Source of the DNA: a virus
Lineage: Duplodnaviria; Heunggongvirae; Uroviricota; Caudoviricetes
Direction: 5' to 3' (one strand)
DNA length: 64,000 nt
Virus record (IMG/VR): IMGVR_UViG_2932604667_000002
Location: 17,261-81,260 of that record
Shown: positions 17,995 through 27,400 of the stretch, in pieces
How the letters are laid out: the number at the start of each line of letters is the position of its first letter
Position numbering within the stretch: position 1 is the first letter of the stretch
The notes under the pieces: model-generated
Database searches by the model: none
Told to the model about the DNA's origin: nothing
The model's input: only the letters and a program-made list of their open reading frames with translations
Made by a program: the position numbers and the translations under genes

Positions 17995-18509
17995 CACCGG
18001 CTCCTTAAGGCGTCCTGGTGGCGGCGGTAGTGCGCCGGGTCGAGGCGCGGGGCGCCGGCGCGGTAGTCGCCGGTGCCGTCGCAGGACGGGCAGTTGATCC
18101 AGGTGTTGGTGTCGACGTTGCCTCGGATGACGGGGTGGACCGACTGGTCGCCCCGGCAGGCGAGGCACAGGCCCGCCGTGGCGATGTGGGCGTCGACCGC
18201 GTCGAGGTCGTAGCGGACTGCGCCGCAGGAGCAGGTGTGGCGGGCTCCCAGCGCGGTGGGGCGGGAGTCGGTGCCGATGGTGTGGGACTCGACCTCGTTG
18301 TAGCGGGCGTAGGTCGCGTTCAGGCCCTTCTCCGGGCCGAAGGCGATGACGTACTCGATGTGGACCCAGTCTCTCGGGTGTGCGTCGAGCGCGCGCCGGG
18401 CGGCCTGGTCCGCCTCCTCGCCGGTGCCGTGGGTCGTCATGGTCGGCGGCTCGCCGGTGCCGTAGTGGCAGACGTGGACTTTGAACTCAGTGGCGTCGAG
18501 GTACCTCAT
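17994..18509 (-). CDS. zinc-binding protein (171 aa)
   Basis: CSCGAVRYD, CLAC, CPSCDGTGD; strong SD. Confidence 0.55.
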   Translation of the reverse strand: MRYLDATEFKVHVCHYGTGEPPTMTTHGTGEEADQAARRALDAHPRDWVHIEYVIAFGPEKGLNATYARYNEVESHTIGTDSRPTALGARHTCSCGAVRYDLDAVDAHIATAGLCLACRGDQSVHPVIRGNVDTNTWINCPSCDGTGDYRAGAPRLDPAHYRRHQDALRSR

Positions 18510-18543
18510 GCCACCTTCTCCTCTCGTCGTAGGCGCTGGATGG

Positions 18544-19413
18544 TTACGCGGCTACCTGTCCGGCGGCCTGCCGGCAGGTCCGGTCCTTCGGGTACGGCTG
18601 GGCGGGCATGGCGATCGTCACGCGGCGGCGCTGGGCCTTGGTGCCGAGCCGGAAGAGGTAGCGGTGGTTGCCCGGGTGGTGGAGCGTCCGGACGTGGGCC
18701 TCGGCTCGGGCCTGGCGTAGCCAGTCGGCTCCGCTCTGGTCAGGGAGCCGGGGGGCGGCTCCGTGTGAGATGAGGAGCCGCTCGACGTACTCGTGGCCGC
18801 ACTCGCCCTTGGTGACCTTGGCGAGGGCGCGGTTCGACAGGGTGGTGCCGTCGGGGAGCAGGACGCGGGTCCCGGCCGTGCTGCGGCCGGCGTAGTCGGC
18901 GTTCGCTGCCTGGTAGATGGCGCCGCGGTGGCCGGTGAACACGGTGTGGCCGTCGATGGTGGTCCGGGGCAGGGGGTCGGCGAAGGAGACCAGGCCGCGG
19001 ACTCCCTGCTCGGCGGCCAGGCGGAACGCTTCGGCCAGGAAGAACGTCTCCCCGTTTCCGGGGACGTCGTCGGTCAGGACGAACCTGCCGAGTTCCAGGG
19101 ACTGGCTGTAGGCGTCCAGGTGGGGGAAGGCGTTGGTCAGGGTGCGCCGGTTGGTGGGGACGGACAGGACGGCGACGCCGACCAGGCGGGGGCTGGTCTT
19201 CACGTCCCACAGGCCGTAGCGGTGGACGGCGGCCGGGTAGGTGCCGCTGTAGTGGAGGCCGGTGACGAAGGTTTTCGCGTCGGCCTCGGGGAGCGGGGTG
19301 ACGCCGTAGCGGTCCCGGTCGAAGCCGCCTTCGTGGCGGTGTCGCCAGGAGTGGCGTCGGCCGGGGGACCAGCGCTGGCACCAGTCGGAGGCGGGGGACA
19401 GCTCGCGGGTCAT
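18544..19413 (-). CDS. hypothetical protein (289 aa) coupled to PAPS-reductase-like gene
   Basis: ATGA overlap with 19410..20324. Confidence 0.5.
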   Translation of the reverse strand: MTRELSPASDWCQRWSPGRRHSWRHRHEGGFDRDRYGVTPLPEADAKTFVTGLHYSGTYPAAVHRYGLWDVKTSPRLVGVAVLSVPTNRRTLTNAFPHLDAYSQSLELGRFVLTDDVPGNGETFFLAEAFRLAAEQGVRGLVSFADPLPRTTIDGHTVFTGHRGAIYQAANADYAGRSTAGTRVLLPDGTTLSNRALAKVTKGECGHEYVERLLISHGAAPRLPDQSGADWLRQARAEAHVRTLHHPGNHRYLFRLGTKAQRRRVTIAMPAQPYPKDRTCRQAAGQVAA

Positions 19414-20324
19414 GCTGTCACCTGTTCGGCGGCCTGGCGGGCGGCGGCGTCGATGTAGAACTTGATGGAGCGCTTGTGCTTGAACAGGTGGTTGATCCGC
19501 TGCTCCAGGTCGAGGTACTCCTGCGCGAGGTCGGGGCGGAGCAGGCAGGCGAGGGTGAGGTCGGCGACGGCGCCGAGGACGCAGATCGAGCAGGACAGGC
19601 GGGACATCCCGGCGTCGTAGGCCCAGTGCCATTCCAGGTCGTTCTCACGGTGGCAGTCCCAGACCTGCTCCAGCGTCCAGGAGTGGACGATGCGCCAGGT
19701 CCACACCGACCTCTTGGTCTTGTTGCTGGCCGGCCGGTTGAACTCGAACGCGGGCTTGCGCTTCCTCGCGGTCGACTCCTCGCCGCGCTCCCCGTTGACG
19801 TCGAGGATCCGGACCTTGCGGCCGAGGTTCGCGGCGCGGACGAGTTCGGTGAACAGCTTGTGCTTGGGGCCGCGCTTCTGCTCGCTCGTGCAGTGCCGGT
19901 TGTCCGCGTCGGGGAACTTCCCGTACTGCTCGATCTGCTGCAGCAGGTCACCCTGGGTGCGGCTGCGGACGAAGAACGGCAGCCCGTTGGCGGCGGCCTG
20001 CCGCTCGGCCACGCCCTTGGCGCTGGGGCGGTCGCCGAACCGTTCGACCAGGGTGGCGCCGAACACCGTGCGGTAGTGGTCGGCGTGGACGGCGTCGAGG
20101 TCGGCGGTGCCGGGCCATTCCACGCGGCCGAGGTCGTTGTGCAGGACGACGATGCGGTCCCGGACGCCGGCGGTGTCGGCCTCCTTCAGGAGCTCCTGCA
20201 GGGCGACGGTGGAGTCCTTACCGCCGCTGTGGTTGAGCACGATGATGTCGAAGTAGCCCAGGTTCGGCTGGTGCGGGCCGGTCTCGTCCAGGTGGATCGC
20301 GGTCCAGCGGGTCATCGTCTGCAT
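19410..20324 (-). CDS. PAPS-reductase-family PP-loop protein
   Basis: NHSGGKDSTV PP-loop, C-terminal CSIC. Confidence 0.6.
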   Translation of the reverse strand: MQTMTRWTAIHLDETGPHQPNLGYFDIIVLNHSGGKDSTVALQELLKEADTAGVRDRIVVLHNDLGRVEWPGTADLDAVHADHYRTVFGATLVERFGDRPSAKGVAERQAAANGLPFFVRSRTQGDLLQQIEQYGKFPDADNRHCTSEQKRGPKHKLFTELVRAANLGRKVRILDVNGERGEESTARKRKPAFEFNRPASNKTKRSVWTWRIVHSWTLEQVWDCHRENDLEWHWAYDAGMSRLSCSICVLGAVADLTLACLLRPDLAQEYLDLEQRINHLFKHKRSIKFYIDAAARQAAEQVTA

Positions 20325-20325
20325 G

Positions 20326-20637
20326 TCAGGCCGCCTTGTCGGTCAGCGGCTCGAAGCCGGAGTCATCGGCGGGCAGGTCGACGACGAAGGAGGCGCCCGG
20401 GTACGGCTGGCGCTCCACGGTGCAGTCGTAGGTGAAGAGCCACACCTGCAGGGCCTGCCAGCCGGTGAAGCGGAGCCACTCGGCGGGGGAGCCGGGCGCG
20501 TAGATGATGATCTCGCCGTCGGTGCGGCAGTAGCCGATGGTGTGGCCGCTGAAGTGGCGCGAGATGAGTTCCGCGGACCAGTCGGTGCCGGTCTCCTGTG
20601 ATGTTTCGTCGAGCCGGTAGTCGCCCCGGTAAAGCAT
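20326..20637 (-). CDS. hypothetical protein (103 aa)
   Basis: first gene after cassette 20652. Confidence 0.55.
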   Translation of the reverse strand: MLYRGDYRLDETSQETGTDWSAELISRHFSGHTIGYCRTDGEIIIYAPGSPAEWLRFTGWQALQVWLFTYDCTVERQPYPGASFVVDLPADDSGFEPLTDKAA

Positions 20638-20651
20638 GAGTCCTCCTGCGG

Positions 20652-20715
20652 TGGTCGGGTCGCTCTCCCAACACCTCTGATAGTACCGGTATTTAACCGT
20701 GTTGGCGCTAGCTGT
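20652..20715 (-). promoter_or_regulatory. promoter/leader-hairpin cassette
   Basis: core GTACCGGTATTTAA; TGGCGCTAGCTG. Confidence 0.65.
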
Positions 20716-21535
20716 GGAAGATCTCTGCCTGGACGTACTCCGGTCGCTGGGCGGCCCTCAGGACGCGCTCGTACCAGGCGAGGGCGAAGGTCATGCAGTT
20801 GGCTTCGTTCTTGTGGCTGGTCGAGCCGCACTGTGTGGGGGTGCGGCGGCCCTGGTAGCTCCAGGCCATGGAGTCGGCGGTGGTGAGCCACCGGCCGTAC
20901 CGCTCCAGGCCGTGAATCTTGACGCCGAAGCCGTGCAGGGGCAGGTCCCTGGCGGCGAGGGTGCGGAAGATCTCGCCGATCTCGGCGGAGTGCTGGCGGC
21001 GGCAGACGGAGCCGACACCGACGACGGGCCAGTCTTCGGCCAGGCGGACGCCGGCGGCCTCGTACAGGTCGACGCAGCGCAGGTAGTCGTCGATCGTCCA
21101 GCCCTGAATGACGGGCATGACGGGGCAGTCTCCGTATCCGTACTGCGGCCACAGCTCGACCAGGAGGACGAAGTTGTCGACGGTGCGCCGCTGGTGCTCG
21201 GCGACGGTGAGGCCGGTCCTGGCGAGCATGTCAGGCTCGCACATCCAGTCCTGCGGCGCTGCCCAGCCGATGTCGCCGATCTCGTCGTCGTAGCGCGCGA
21301 GCGCCTGGATGTACTGCTCGGGCGTTGTGGTGAACTCGCCGTACATGGACAGCTCGGTGAAGGCTCCGGAGTCGACCGCGTAGTGCCGGCCGGGCGGCGC
21401 CTTCGGGAGGGTCTTGCGGCCGGCGAGGATCCGGTGCGACACGAACAGGGACACCTCGATCGGAGCGATGGTCAGCCATCGCTCGCGGTGGGTTCCGAGG
21501 TAGAAGTTGAGCTCTGTCTCTTCGTCGCAGATCAC
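20708..21535 (-). CDS. dpdA: tRNA-guanine-transglycosylase-fold protein, DpdA-like (paralog 1)
   Basis: DSGAF (cf. TGT DSGGFQ), VMPVIQG (cf. GIVQGG); clearly homologous to 29387..30289. Confidence 0.5.
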   Translation of the reverse strand: MICDEETELNFYLGTHRERWLTIAPIEVSLFVSHRILAGRKTLPKAPPGRHYAVDSGAFTELSMYGEFTTTPEQYIQALARYDDEIGDIGWAAPQDWMCEPDMLARTGLTVAEHQRRTVDNFVLLVELWPQYGYGDCPVMPVIQGWTIDDYLRCVDLYEAAGVRLAEDWPVVGVGSVCRRQHSAEIGEIFRTLAARDLPLHGFGVKIHGLERYGRWLTTADSMAWSYQGRRTPTQCGSTSHKNEANCMTFALAWYERVLRAAQRPEYVQAEIFHS

Positions 21536-21571
21536 GGCGAGTCGGCCTTTCGCGGGGTCTCTGGTCGGGGG

Positions 21572-22678
21572 TCAGGCGGCGAACAGGGGAGCCTGGACCC
21601 AGTCCTGTTCGCCGGCGGGGTAGATGGTGGCGAGGTAGTCGCGGACGAGGGGCTCCCAGTCCATGGCGAGGGCTGTGCCGAGGACCGCGGCGGCGACCGG
21701 CGGGGCGACGACGTCGGCGATCTGCAGGAACGCCTTGCTGTTCGAGCCCTGCCACGGGTAGTCCGGCGGGAAGCCGTTTAACACTCCGGCCTCGGCTGGG
21801 GTGAGGCGGCGGCCGTCGGCGTCGCGTTCCCAGGAGCGGGCGCTGCCGGTGAGGCACCAGCACGGCCCGTCGGCGGAGAACAGGTTGCCGCCGCCGCCCT
21901 GCATGTTGCCTCGGGTCCGGACCTTGTGGCCGGGTTCCCAGTTGAGGGCTTGGGCCATGGTGGGGCCGGTGAACAGTGGCGGGGTGGGCTCTAAGTCCCG
22001 GGGAGGGGCTCCGAAGCGGCTGCAGATGAGCCCGGAGCGGAACGGAAGGTTGCCGAGGCGGGGGATGTAGTCCCTGGTGGCGATGAAGAACGTGCGTGAG
22101 CGTCGGGCGACGAGGCCGAGGTCTTCGGCGTGGATGGTGAGAACGTAGGCGATTTCAAAGCGGGCGTTGGTGACCATCTCGAAGGCCATCTCGACCCAGT
22201 AGTCGTGCGCGTTGGGGACCTGCTCGGCGATGAGGCAGACCAGGTTCGGCAGGCGCATCCCGAAGCGAATGTTCTCCAGCAGCAGGGCGGTGCGGGGGTC
22301 GGTGACCCGGTCGAACGCTTCGGTGTAGGCGGGGCACGGGTCTTCGCCGGGGTAGGACAGGGCGGCGATCCCGTCCATGATGACCGCGCGGTCGTGAGCC
22401 TTGGTGCCGGTAAGTAATCCGCTCCGGCTGAGGGTCGGGCACGGGGAGGAGATGAGCGCCAAGGTCACGTCTGGGAAGTCCTCGGGGTCGAGCGTGCGCA
22501 CGTCGGCCTGCGTGCGGAGGAACCCGGCGGCGCGGGCGGTCGCGCATGCGTCGCGGTCGATTTCGTAGCCGTGGATCGGGTCGCGCATCTTGAGGATGCG
22601 GCCGCCCTGATCCCAGCCAGCGGGGCCGGCGAACAGATCGATGTTCGTGATGCGCTCACGAGTGTCGTGTGCCGCCAT
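21572..22678 (-). CDS. DNA (cytosine-5) methyltransferase
   Basis: motif I DLFAGPAG, PC motif SSPCP, ENI motif. Confidence 0.65.
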   Translation of the reverse strand: MAAHDTRERITNIDLFAGPAGWDQGGRILKMRDPIHGYEIDRDACATARAAGFLRTQADVRTLDPEDFPDVTLALISSPCPTLSRSGLLTGTKAHDRAVIMDGIAALSYPGEDPCPAYTEAFDRVTDPRTALLLENIRFGMRLPNLVCLIAEQVPNAHDYWVEMAFEMVTNARFEIAYVLTIHAEDLGLVARRSRTFFIATRDYIPRLGNLPFRSGLICSRFGAPPRDLEPTPPLFTGPTMAQALNWEPGHKVRTRGNMQGGGGNLFSADGPCWCLTGSARSWERDADGRRLTPAEAGVLNGFPPDYPWQGSNSKAFLQIADVVAPPVAAAVLGTALAMDWEPLVRDYLATIYPAGEQDWVQAPLFAA

Positions 22679-22683
22679 GGGGA

Positions 22684-22986
22684 TCAGGCGGCGGTGCTGC
22701 GCGACGCGGCGGCCAGGCGGGCGGCGCCGACGATCGCGGCCACAGCGGACTTGGCGGCGGCGCCGTCCACGGCGGCGACGGCCCAGGCGGTGAACGCGGC
22801 GTCGACCTCGGGGTGGCGGTGCTCAAGCACGTCGATGATGGCGGCCCGTGCGGCGTTCTCCTGGGCGGTGCGCTCGGTGTTGGTGTCGAGCTCCTCCAGG
22901 GTGTCGCACAGGGCGTCGGTGGGCTGGGCGTCGGCGAGGGCTCGCAGCTCGGGGTCGATCTCGGGGAAGCTGTCGCGGCTGATCAT
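22684..22986 (-). CDS. hypothetical protein (100 aa)
   Basis: AAGGAA SD. Confidence 0.5.
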   Translation of the reverse strand: MISRDSFPEIDPELRALADAQPTDALCDTLEELDTNTERTAQENAARAAIIDVLEHRHPEVDAAFTAWAVAAVDGAAAKSAVAAIVGAARLAAASRSTAA

Positions 22987-23014
22987 CGGGGTGGTTCCTT
23001 CCAGGGGGAGGGGG

Positions 23015-23362
23015 TCAGCGGGGAAGGTGGCAGGCGAGGACGAGACCTTCCTCGGTGTAGACGGCGCTGAAGAACCGGCGGTCACCGCGGTGGGACTCGA
23101 CGATCTCGTGCAGCTTGTTCGCGAGGGCCTTGACGGGCTCGGAGGCGACCTTGCGCGGCCCCCAGGTCCCGTCGCCGGTCTCGAAATAGGTCCACTCGTC
23201 CGGGGCACCCTTGATGTAGACGTTGACGGAGGATCCCTGCGAGTAGGTCTCCATGCGGACGGAGAACGTGATGCCGGCGGGGTGCTCGGGGAGGGTTCCG
23301 GCCTTGGCGGCGGCGCGGATGTCGGCGCGGACGCGGGCGGTGACGTTCTTCAGGGGTTCCAT
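23015..23362 (-). CDS. hypothetical protein (115 aa)
   Basis: first gene after cassette 23386; AAGGAGG SD. Confidence 0.55.
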   Translation of the reverse strand: MEPLKNVTARVRADIRAAAKAGTLPEHPAGITFSVRMETYSQGSSVNVYIKGAPDEWTYFETGDGTWGPRKVASEPVKALANKLHEIVESHRGDRRFFSAVYTEEGLVLACHLPR

Positions 23363-23385
23363 GGGGTGCCTCCTTGGTGCGGGGT

Positions 23386-23452
23386 GTCGGGTCGCTCTCC
23401 CAACACCTCTGAATGTACCGGTATTTAGGAGCTGTGGCAACGGCGGTGGGGC
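23386..23452 (-). promoter_or_regulatory. promoter/leader-hairpin cassette
   Basis: core GTACCGGTATTTAG; TGGCAAC. Confidence 0.65.
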
Positions 23453-23456
23453 GGGG

Positions 23457-23771
23457 TTACCAGGGCGTGGCGGGAAGGGTTCGGATGGTGTCGCGCGTGG
23501 TGGGGCGGGCGATCAGGTACGGGGTGACGTGGCTTCCGCGGTTGAACTTCAGGGGGAGGGCCTCCTGGCAGTGGCTGCAGCGGCGGGCCACCAGGACGCA
23601 GCCGACGAACACGGCGCGGGTGTGGTGGTCGGTCGGGTGGTGGAAGTGGGGGGCCAGGGCGATGTTCAGGTCGAAGCACGCCTCGCAGTCGCGGAAGTAG
23701 CTGTCGCCGTCGGCGGTGGCGTCGTTGGTGTGGCAGGTCGCGCACTTGGGGGCGGTGGCGGTTCCGTTCAT
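23457..23771 (-). CDS. zinc-finger protein (104 aa)
   Basis: first gene after cassette 23791; CATCH...CEAC...CSHC. Confidence 0.55.
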   Translation of the reverse strand: MNGTATAPKCATCHTNDATADGDSYFRDCEACFDLNIALAPHFHHPTDHHTRAVFVGCVLVARRCSHCQEALPLKFNRGSHVTPYLIARPTTRDTIRTLPATPW

Positions 23772-23790
23772 GGTGGTCCTCCTGGTGGGG

Positions 23791-23848
23791 CCGGGTCGCT
23801 CTCCCGGACACACCTCGAACGTACCCGTATCTAACTGGTCTGGCAACG
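23791..23848 (-). promoter_or_regulatory. promoter/leader-hairpin cassette (stem CCGGG/CCCGG)
   Basis: CCGGG-TCGCTCT-CCCGG; core GTACCCGTATCTAA; TGGCAAC. Confidence 0.6.
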
Positions 23849-23921
23849 CGAAAACGGCCCGCCACCTGCGAAGATGGCGGGCCGTCCGCGCAACGTCAGC
23901 TCTGCCGCAGTCCTCGTGGTC

Positions 23922-24107
23922 TTACGACCATTTGCCGATGACCATGGTCTTGGCCCATGGGTACCGCTTCCGCCGGTCGATGACGATGTCGTGGTTATCC
24001 ATGAGCACGACCTCGTCGGGGGTGAGGTTGTCGCTCGCGAACTGCTCGCAAACCTTCTCCCGGATCTCCTGCTTCTTGGCTTCTCGCTCGCGCTCGGACT
24101 GGGCCAT
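23922..24107 (-). CDS. small protein (61 aa)
   Basis: GAGGAG SD. Confidence 0.45.
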   Translation of the reverse strand: MAQSEREREAKKQEIREKVCEQFASDNLTPDEVVLMDNHDIVIDRRKRYPWAKTMVIGKWS

Positions 24108-24205
24108 CTTGGGCTCCTCTCGGGGATAGATGGGTGGGGCGGCCGCCGCGGGCGCCTCACCCCGACACAAGGCTGGGAGAGTGCCCGCAGCGGCGGCGCC
24201 GGGGG

Positions 24206-24457
24206 TCAGACGGTGAGGAGCGGGCGCTCCGAAACGACGTGCACGGCGGTGGCGCCCCTCATCACCTCGCGCCAGGTCATCGGCTCCGACCAGCCGCCGT
24301 CGGGGGCGTGCTCCCACCAGTGGGCGCCGGTGGGGGCGTCGTCCTTGGCGGCCTGCTCGTCGTCGCGCCAGATCGCCAGCAGGGCGTCGGTCTTGGTGAC
24401 GAGGACGAGGCGGCTCTTGTTGTCGGGCTCGGGGATGACGTCGGCGAGGGTGGACAT
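24206..24457 (-). CDS. hypothetical protein (83 aa)
   Basis: AAGGAGAAG SD. Confidence 0.5.
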   Translation of the reverse strand: MSTLADVIPEPDNKSRLVLVTKTDALLAIWRDDEQAAKDDAPTGAHWWEHAPDGGWSEPMTWREVMRGATAVHVVSERPLLTV

Positions 24458-24522
24458 GGTCTTCTCCTTCTCTCGGGGGAGTGCGTGGTGTGTTGGATGT
24501 GCTGGTCGGGAGGTCGGGTTGG

Positions 24523-24771
24523 TCAGGTGCGGCGCAGGGCGAGCGGCTGGCCGACGGGGTAGATGGCCCAGGCGTCCTTGATGGCGACCGCCCATTCGAC
24601 GGGGTCGGCCTCGTAGTCGCCACCGGGGAACCAGCGCGCCTCGAAGTTCTCCGAGCCGCCCATGTTGGCGGCGATGTCGTTGCGGGCGATGACGGTCATC
24701 TGGGTGCCGACGTGGATGACGAGGCGGGTCGTGTCCGGCGGCTCGGGCAGGAGGATGTCGGAGGGGTTCAC
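24523..24771 (-). CDS. hypothetical protein (82 aa, GTG)
   Basis: GTGA overlap. Confidence 0.45.
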   Translation of the reverse strand: MNPSDILLPEPPDTTRLVIHVGTQMTVIARNDIAANMGGSENFEARWFPGGDYEADPVEWAVAIKDAWAIYPVGQPLALRRT

Positions 24772-25196
24772 GCGATCAGTCCCCTGTTCTGGGCGTGCTC
24801 GCGGAGCGCGTCCAGGGCGTGGCCTCCGCTCAGCCACCACTCTCGGCAGGCAGTGACGCCCAGGCCGGTGTGCGCGGAGAGGCGGTTGATCAGAGTAAGG
24901 GTGTCGGTGTGGTGCGCGTTGGTGTGGGAGAACAGGCGGCCGATCTGCTCGGGCGTCCAGCCGCGCGGCGCTGCGGCGGGCGCGCTGAGCGCGTTGTGAG
25001 TCAGGGCGAGCACGGTCCGCAGGATGTGCAGCACCTCGTCGGGCGTGGTCGGCGTCTGCAGGAGGCGGCGCCACTCGTCGGCGAGCTCGGTGGCGGCCTC
25101 GTGCTCGGCGTCGCCGCTGGAGCTCTGGGCCGCGGTGTCGAAGGCGTTGACGGCGTCGGCGACGTCCTTCAGGTACTTCGGCGCGCTGGTGATCAT
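24768..25196 (-). CDS. hypothetical protein (142 aa)
   Basis: ATGA overlap. Confidence 0.5.
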   Translation of the reverse strand: MITSAPKYLKDVADAVNAFDTAAQSSSGDAEHEAATELADEWRRLLQTPTTPDEVLHILRTVLALTHNALSAPAAAPRGWTPEQIGRLFSHTNAHHTDTLTLINRLSAHTGLGVTACREWWLSGGHALDALREHAQNRGLIA

Positions 25197-25417
25197 TCGT
25201 CGTCGTCCTCGTTGTCCTCGTTGTCCTCGCAGTACTGCTCGTAGGCGGCTGCCTCGGCGCCGTCTGGGCTGTCGGCCTCCACGGTGGTGGCGTAGCGCTG
25301 GAAGTCGCCGCTGTCGGACTCGCTGTCGACGCAGTTGTGGTCGCCTTCGATCACGCCGGCGACAAGGAATTCGTCCGCGTCGGGGTCGACGAGGGCGAAC
25401 ACGGTGTAGATGGTCAT
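25193..25417 (-). CDS. acidic protein (74 aa)
   Basis: AAGGAG SD; C-terminal DNEDNEDDDE. Confidence 0.5.
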   Translation of the reverse strand: MTIYTVFALVDPDADEFLVAGVIEGDHNCVDSESDSGDFQRYATTVEADSPDGAEAAAYEQYCEDNEDNEDDDE

Positions 25418-25647
25418 CGGATGGGCTCCTTTGCGGTTGAGTCGGCGAACATGCGCTCGCCCCAGGGGCCGAGCTTTCGGCACTCGGGGGAGCACCACAG
25501 GCGGCCGGTGCTCGGCTCGTAGATCCAGCCGTCGGCGACGGCGAGGTCGCGGATGTCGTCGGCGCTCACGCCGTCCTCGGCGGGGTCGTAGGACTCCATG
25601 CAGCCGTCGCACTCGGCGATGGGGACCGTTCGGCGTTCGATGGCCAC
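25414..25647 (-). CDS. Cys-containing protein (77 aa, GTG)
   Basis: GGGAG SD. Confidence 0.45.
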   Translation of the reverse strand: MAIERRTVPIAECDGCMESYDPAEDGVSADDIRDLAVADGWIYEPSTGRLWCSPECRKLGPWGERMFADSTAKEPIR

Positions 25648-25650
25648 GCT

Positions 25651-26025
25651 CTACTCCCAGTCCTCGGGCCGGAAGATCGGGACGTCGAGGTTGTCCCAGT
25701 TGGTGACGTGGTGCTCGCAGGTGACCGGTCCCCAGGTGCGGGCGATGGTGGAGCGGACGCGGTCCTGGTCCCGCAGGTGGGTGAGGGTGGGGTCGAAGGT
25801 GGTCTCGGCGACGAGCTGGCCGCCCTCGTAGAACGGGGGCTCGCCGCGCCAGTTGGCTCCGGTCTCGCCGTTGTCGATGTAGCGGACGCCCTCGTAGTAA
25901 AGGATGCGGCCGCCTGGGTTCTTGCGGGGCCGCCAGACGGCGGTGCGGGTGGTGCCGTCGGGGTGCGGCTCGATGCGGTAGACGTACAGGTGGCCCTCGA
26001 TGGGCCGGGAGTCCAGGTCGTTCAT
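25651..26025 (-). CDS. hypothetical protein (124 aa)
   Basis: ATGA overlap. Confidence 0.5.
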   Translation of the reverse strand: MNDLDSRPIEGHLYVYRIEPHPDGTTRTAVWRPRKNPGGRILYYEGVRYIDNGETGANWRGEPPFYEGGQLVAETTFDPTLTHLRDQDRVRSTIARTWGPVTCEHHVTNWDNLDVPIFRPEDWE

Positions 26026-26255
26026 CGGGGCTCTCCTTCGGCGGTCAGGGTGCGCAGCAGGTCCCGGGGGTCGGTCATGACCTCGTCGGGGCCGGTGCGC
26101 GCGGTCGCCAGGTCGCCCGTGGGGGAGTAGCTGGCGTGGATGGTCTGGTCGTCGCGGGTGTAGGTGACGGTGTGGTCGTCGCCCGCATTGGGCCGAGCGA
26201 TGGCCCATCTGTTTCGGCGGGCCACCGCGTTCAGCGCGGTGATTTCGCTGCCCAT
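26022..26255 (-). CDS. hypothetical protein (77 aa)
   Basis: first gene after cassette 26273. Confidence 0.5.
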   Translation of the reverse strand: MGSEITALNAVARRNRWAIARPNAGDDHTVTYTRDDQTIHASYSPTGDLATARTGPDEVMTDPRDLLRTLTAEGEPR

Positions 26256-26272
26256 GCAGCCTCCAGTCCGGG

Positions 26273-26320
26273 TGTCGGGTCGCTCTCCCAACACGGCTGA
26301 TTGTACCGGTATCTAGACGG
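26273..26320 (-). promoter_or_regulatory. promoter/leader-hairpin cassette (no TGGCAA box)
   Basis: core GTACCGGTATCTAG. Confidence 0.55.
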
Positions 26321-26684
26321 ATGCGGGCGGCTCGTCCAGCATCTGGAGGCGGGTCCAGGTGAGCAGGAGTTCGAGGGCCACGTACACGCCCTCGTCGCCG
26401 TCCCTCTGCTGCATGGTGGCGAGGGCGGGGGCCATATGGTCCAGGTGCTGGGTGTAGCAGCGGCCGCCGGGCAGGATCGCGCAGTCGTGCTGGACGAGGT
26501 CGCCGGTGGGGTTCAGACGGTGGACGCTGATCAGGCGTTCGCTCACGGTCGCGCCGAAACCCGCGGCCTGGAACAGGGGGAACGTCGTGTGGGTGGCGGC
26601 GTTCTCTCCGTCGGTGACGGTGTACGTCTTCTCGCCGGTCGCATCGTTGGCGTCCAGCTTCCGGGTCGGGGTGTTGGTGTCCAT
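26313..26684 (-). CDS. hypothetical protein (123 aa)
   Basis: first gene after cassette 26703. Confidence 0.55.
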   Translation of the reverse strand: MDTNTPTRKLDANDATGEKTYTVTDGENAATHTTFPLFQAAGFGATVSERLISVHRLNPTGDLVQHDCAILPGGRCYTQHLDHMAPALATMQQRDGDEGVYVALELLLTWTRLQMLDEPPASV

Positions 26685-26702
26685 CGTGGACCTCCTTGTT
26701 GT

Positions 26703-26760
26703 GGTCGGGTCGCTCTCCCAACACCCCTGATGGTACCGGTATTTAGTCAGGCTGGCGCCC
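26703..26760 (-). promoter_or_regulatory. promoter/leader-hairpin cassette
   Basis: core GTACCGGTATTTAG; TGGCGCC. Confidence 0.65.
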
Positions 26761-27400
26761 CTGTGCTGTCGAGGAGTTGGAAGAACTCGGCGCGTACGGC
26801 GGGGTCCTCGCGGAAGACGCCGGCGAGGTGAGAGGTGACCATGGCCGCGCCGGTCGCCCGAGCTCCACGCAGCGTCATGCAGGAGTGGACGGAGCGGATC
26901 ACGCAGGCCGCTCCGAGGATGTCGAGGTTGTCGGCGATGGCGGCCACGATCTGGTCGCCGAGTTTCTCCTGCATCTGTGGCCGGGCGGCGTACTCCTGGG
27001 TGATGCGGGCGAACTTCGACAGGCCCAGGACCTTTGCGCCTGGGGATGGGATGTAGCTGATGGAGGCCGTGCCGGTGAAGGGCAGGAGGTGGTGCTCGCA
27101 GATGGACACGAACGGAATCCCTGGCACCAGGATCATGCCGGGGTCGGGGCTCGGTGGCGGGAACGTCCGGGCGAGGTGGCGTGCCGGGTCCAGGGTCATG
27201 CCGCTGGTCAGCTCGGCCAGGGCGCGCACGAACCGTCCTGGGGTGTCGGCGGTGGACTCCTCGTCACACGGGATGCCGAGCGCGTCGAACATGTGCCGGG
27301 CGTGCCACTCCGCGCGGTTGTGCGGCGTGTCTTCGGTGAGCGCGTCGACGTAGTCGACGGCTTCGAGGATGGAGTAGACGTGGGTCTCGGGTGCGCCCAT
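26747..27400 (-). CDS. folE: GTP cyclohydrolase I
   Basis: FVSICEHHLLPF, GLSKFARI, QMQEKL motifs. Confidence 0.75.
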   Translation of the reverse strand: MGAPETHVYSILEAVDYVDALTEDTPHNRAEWHARHMFDALGIPCDEESTADTPGRFVRALAELTSGMTLDPARHLARTFPPPSPDPGMILVPGIPFVSICEHHLLPFTGTASISYIPSPGAKVLGLSKFARITQEYAARPQMQEKLGDQIVAAIADNLDILGAACVIRSVHSCMTLRGARATGAAMVTSHLAGVFREDPAVRAEFFQLLDSTGAPA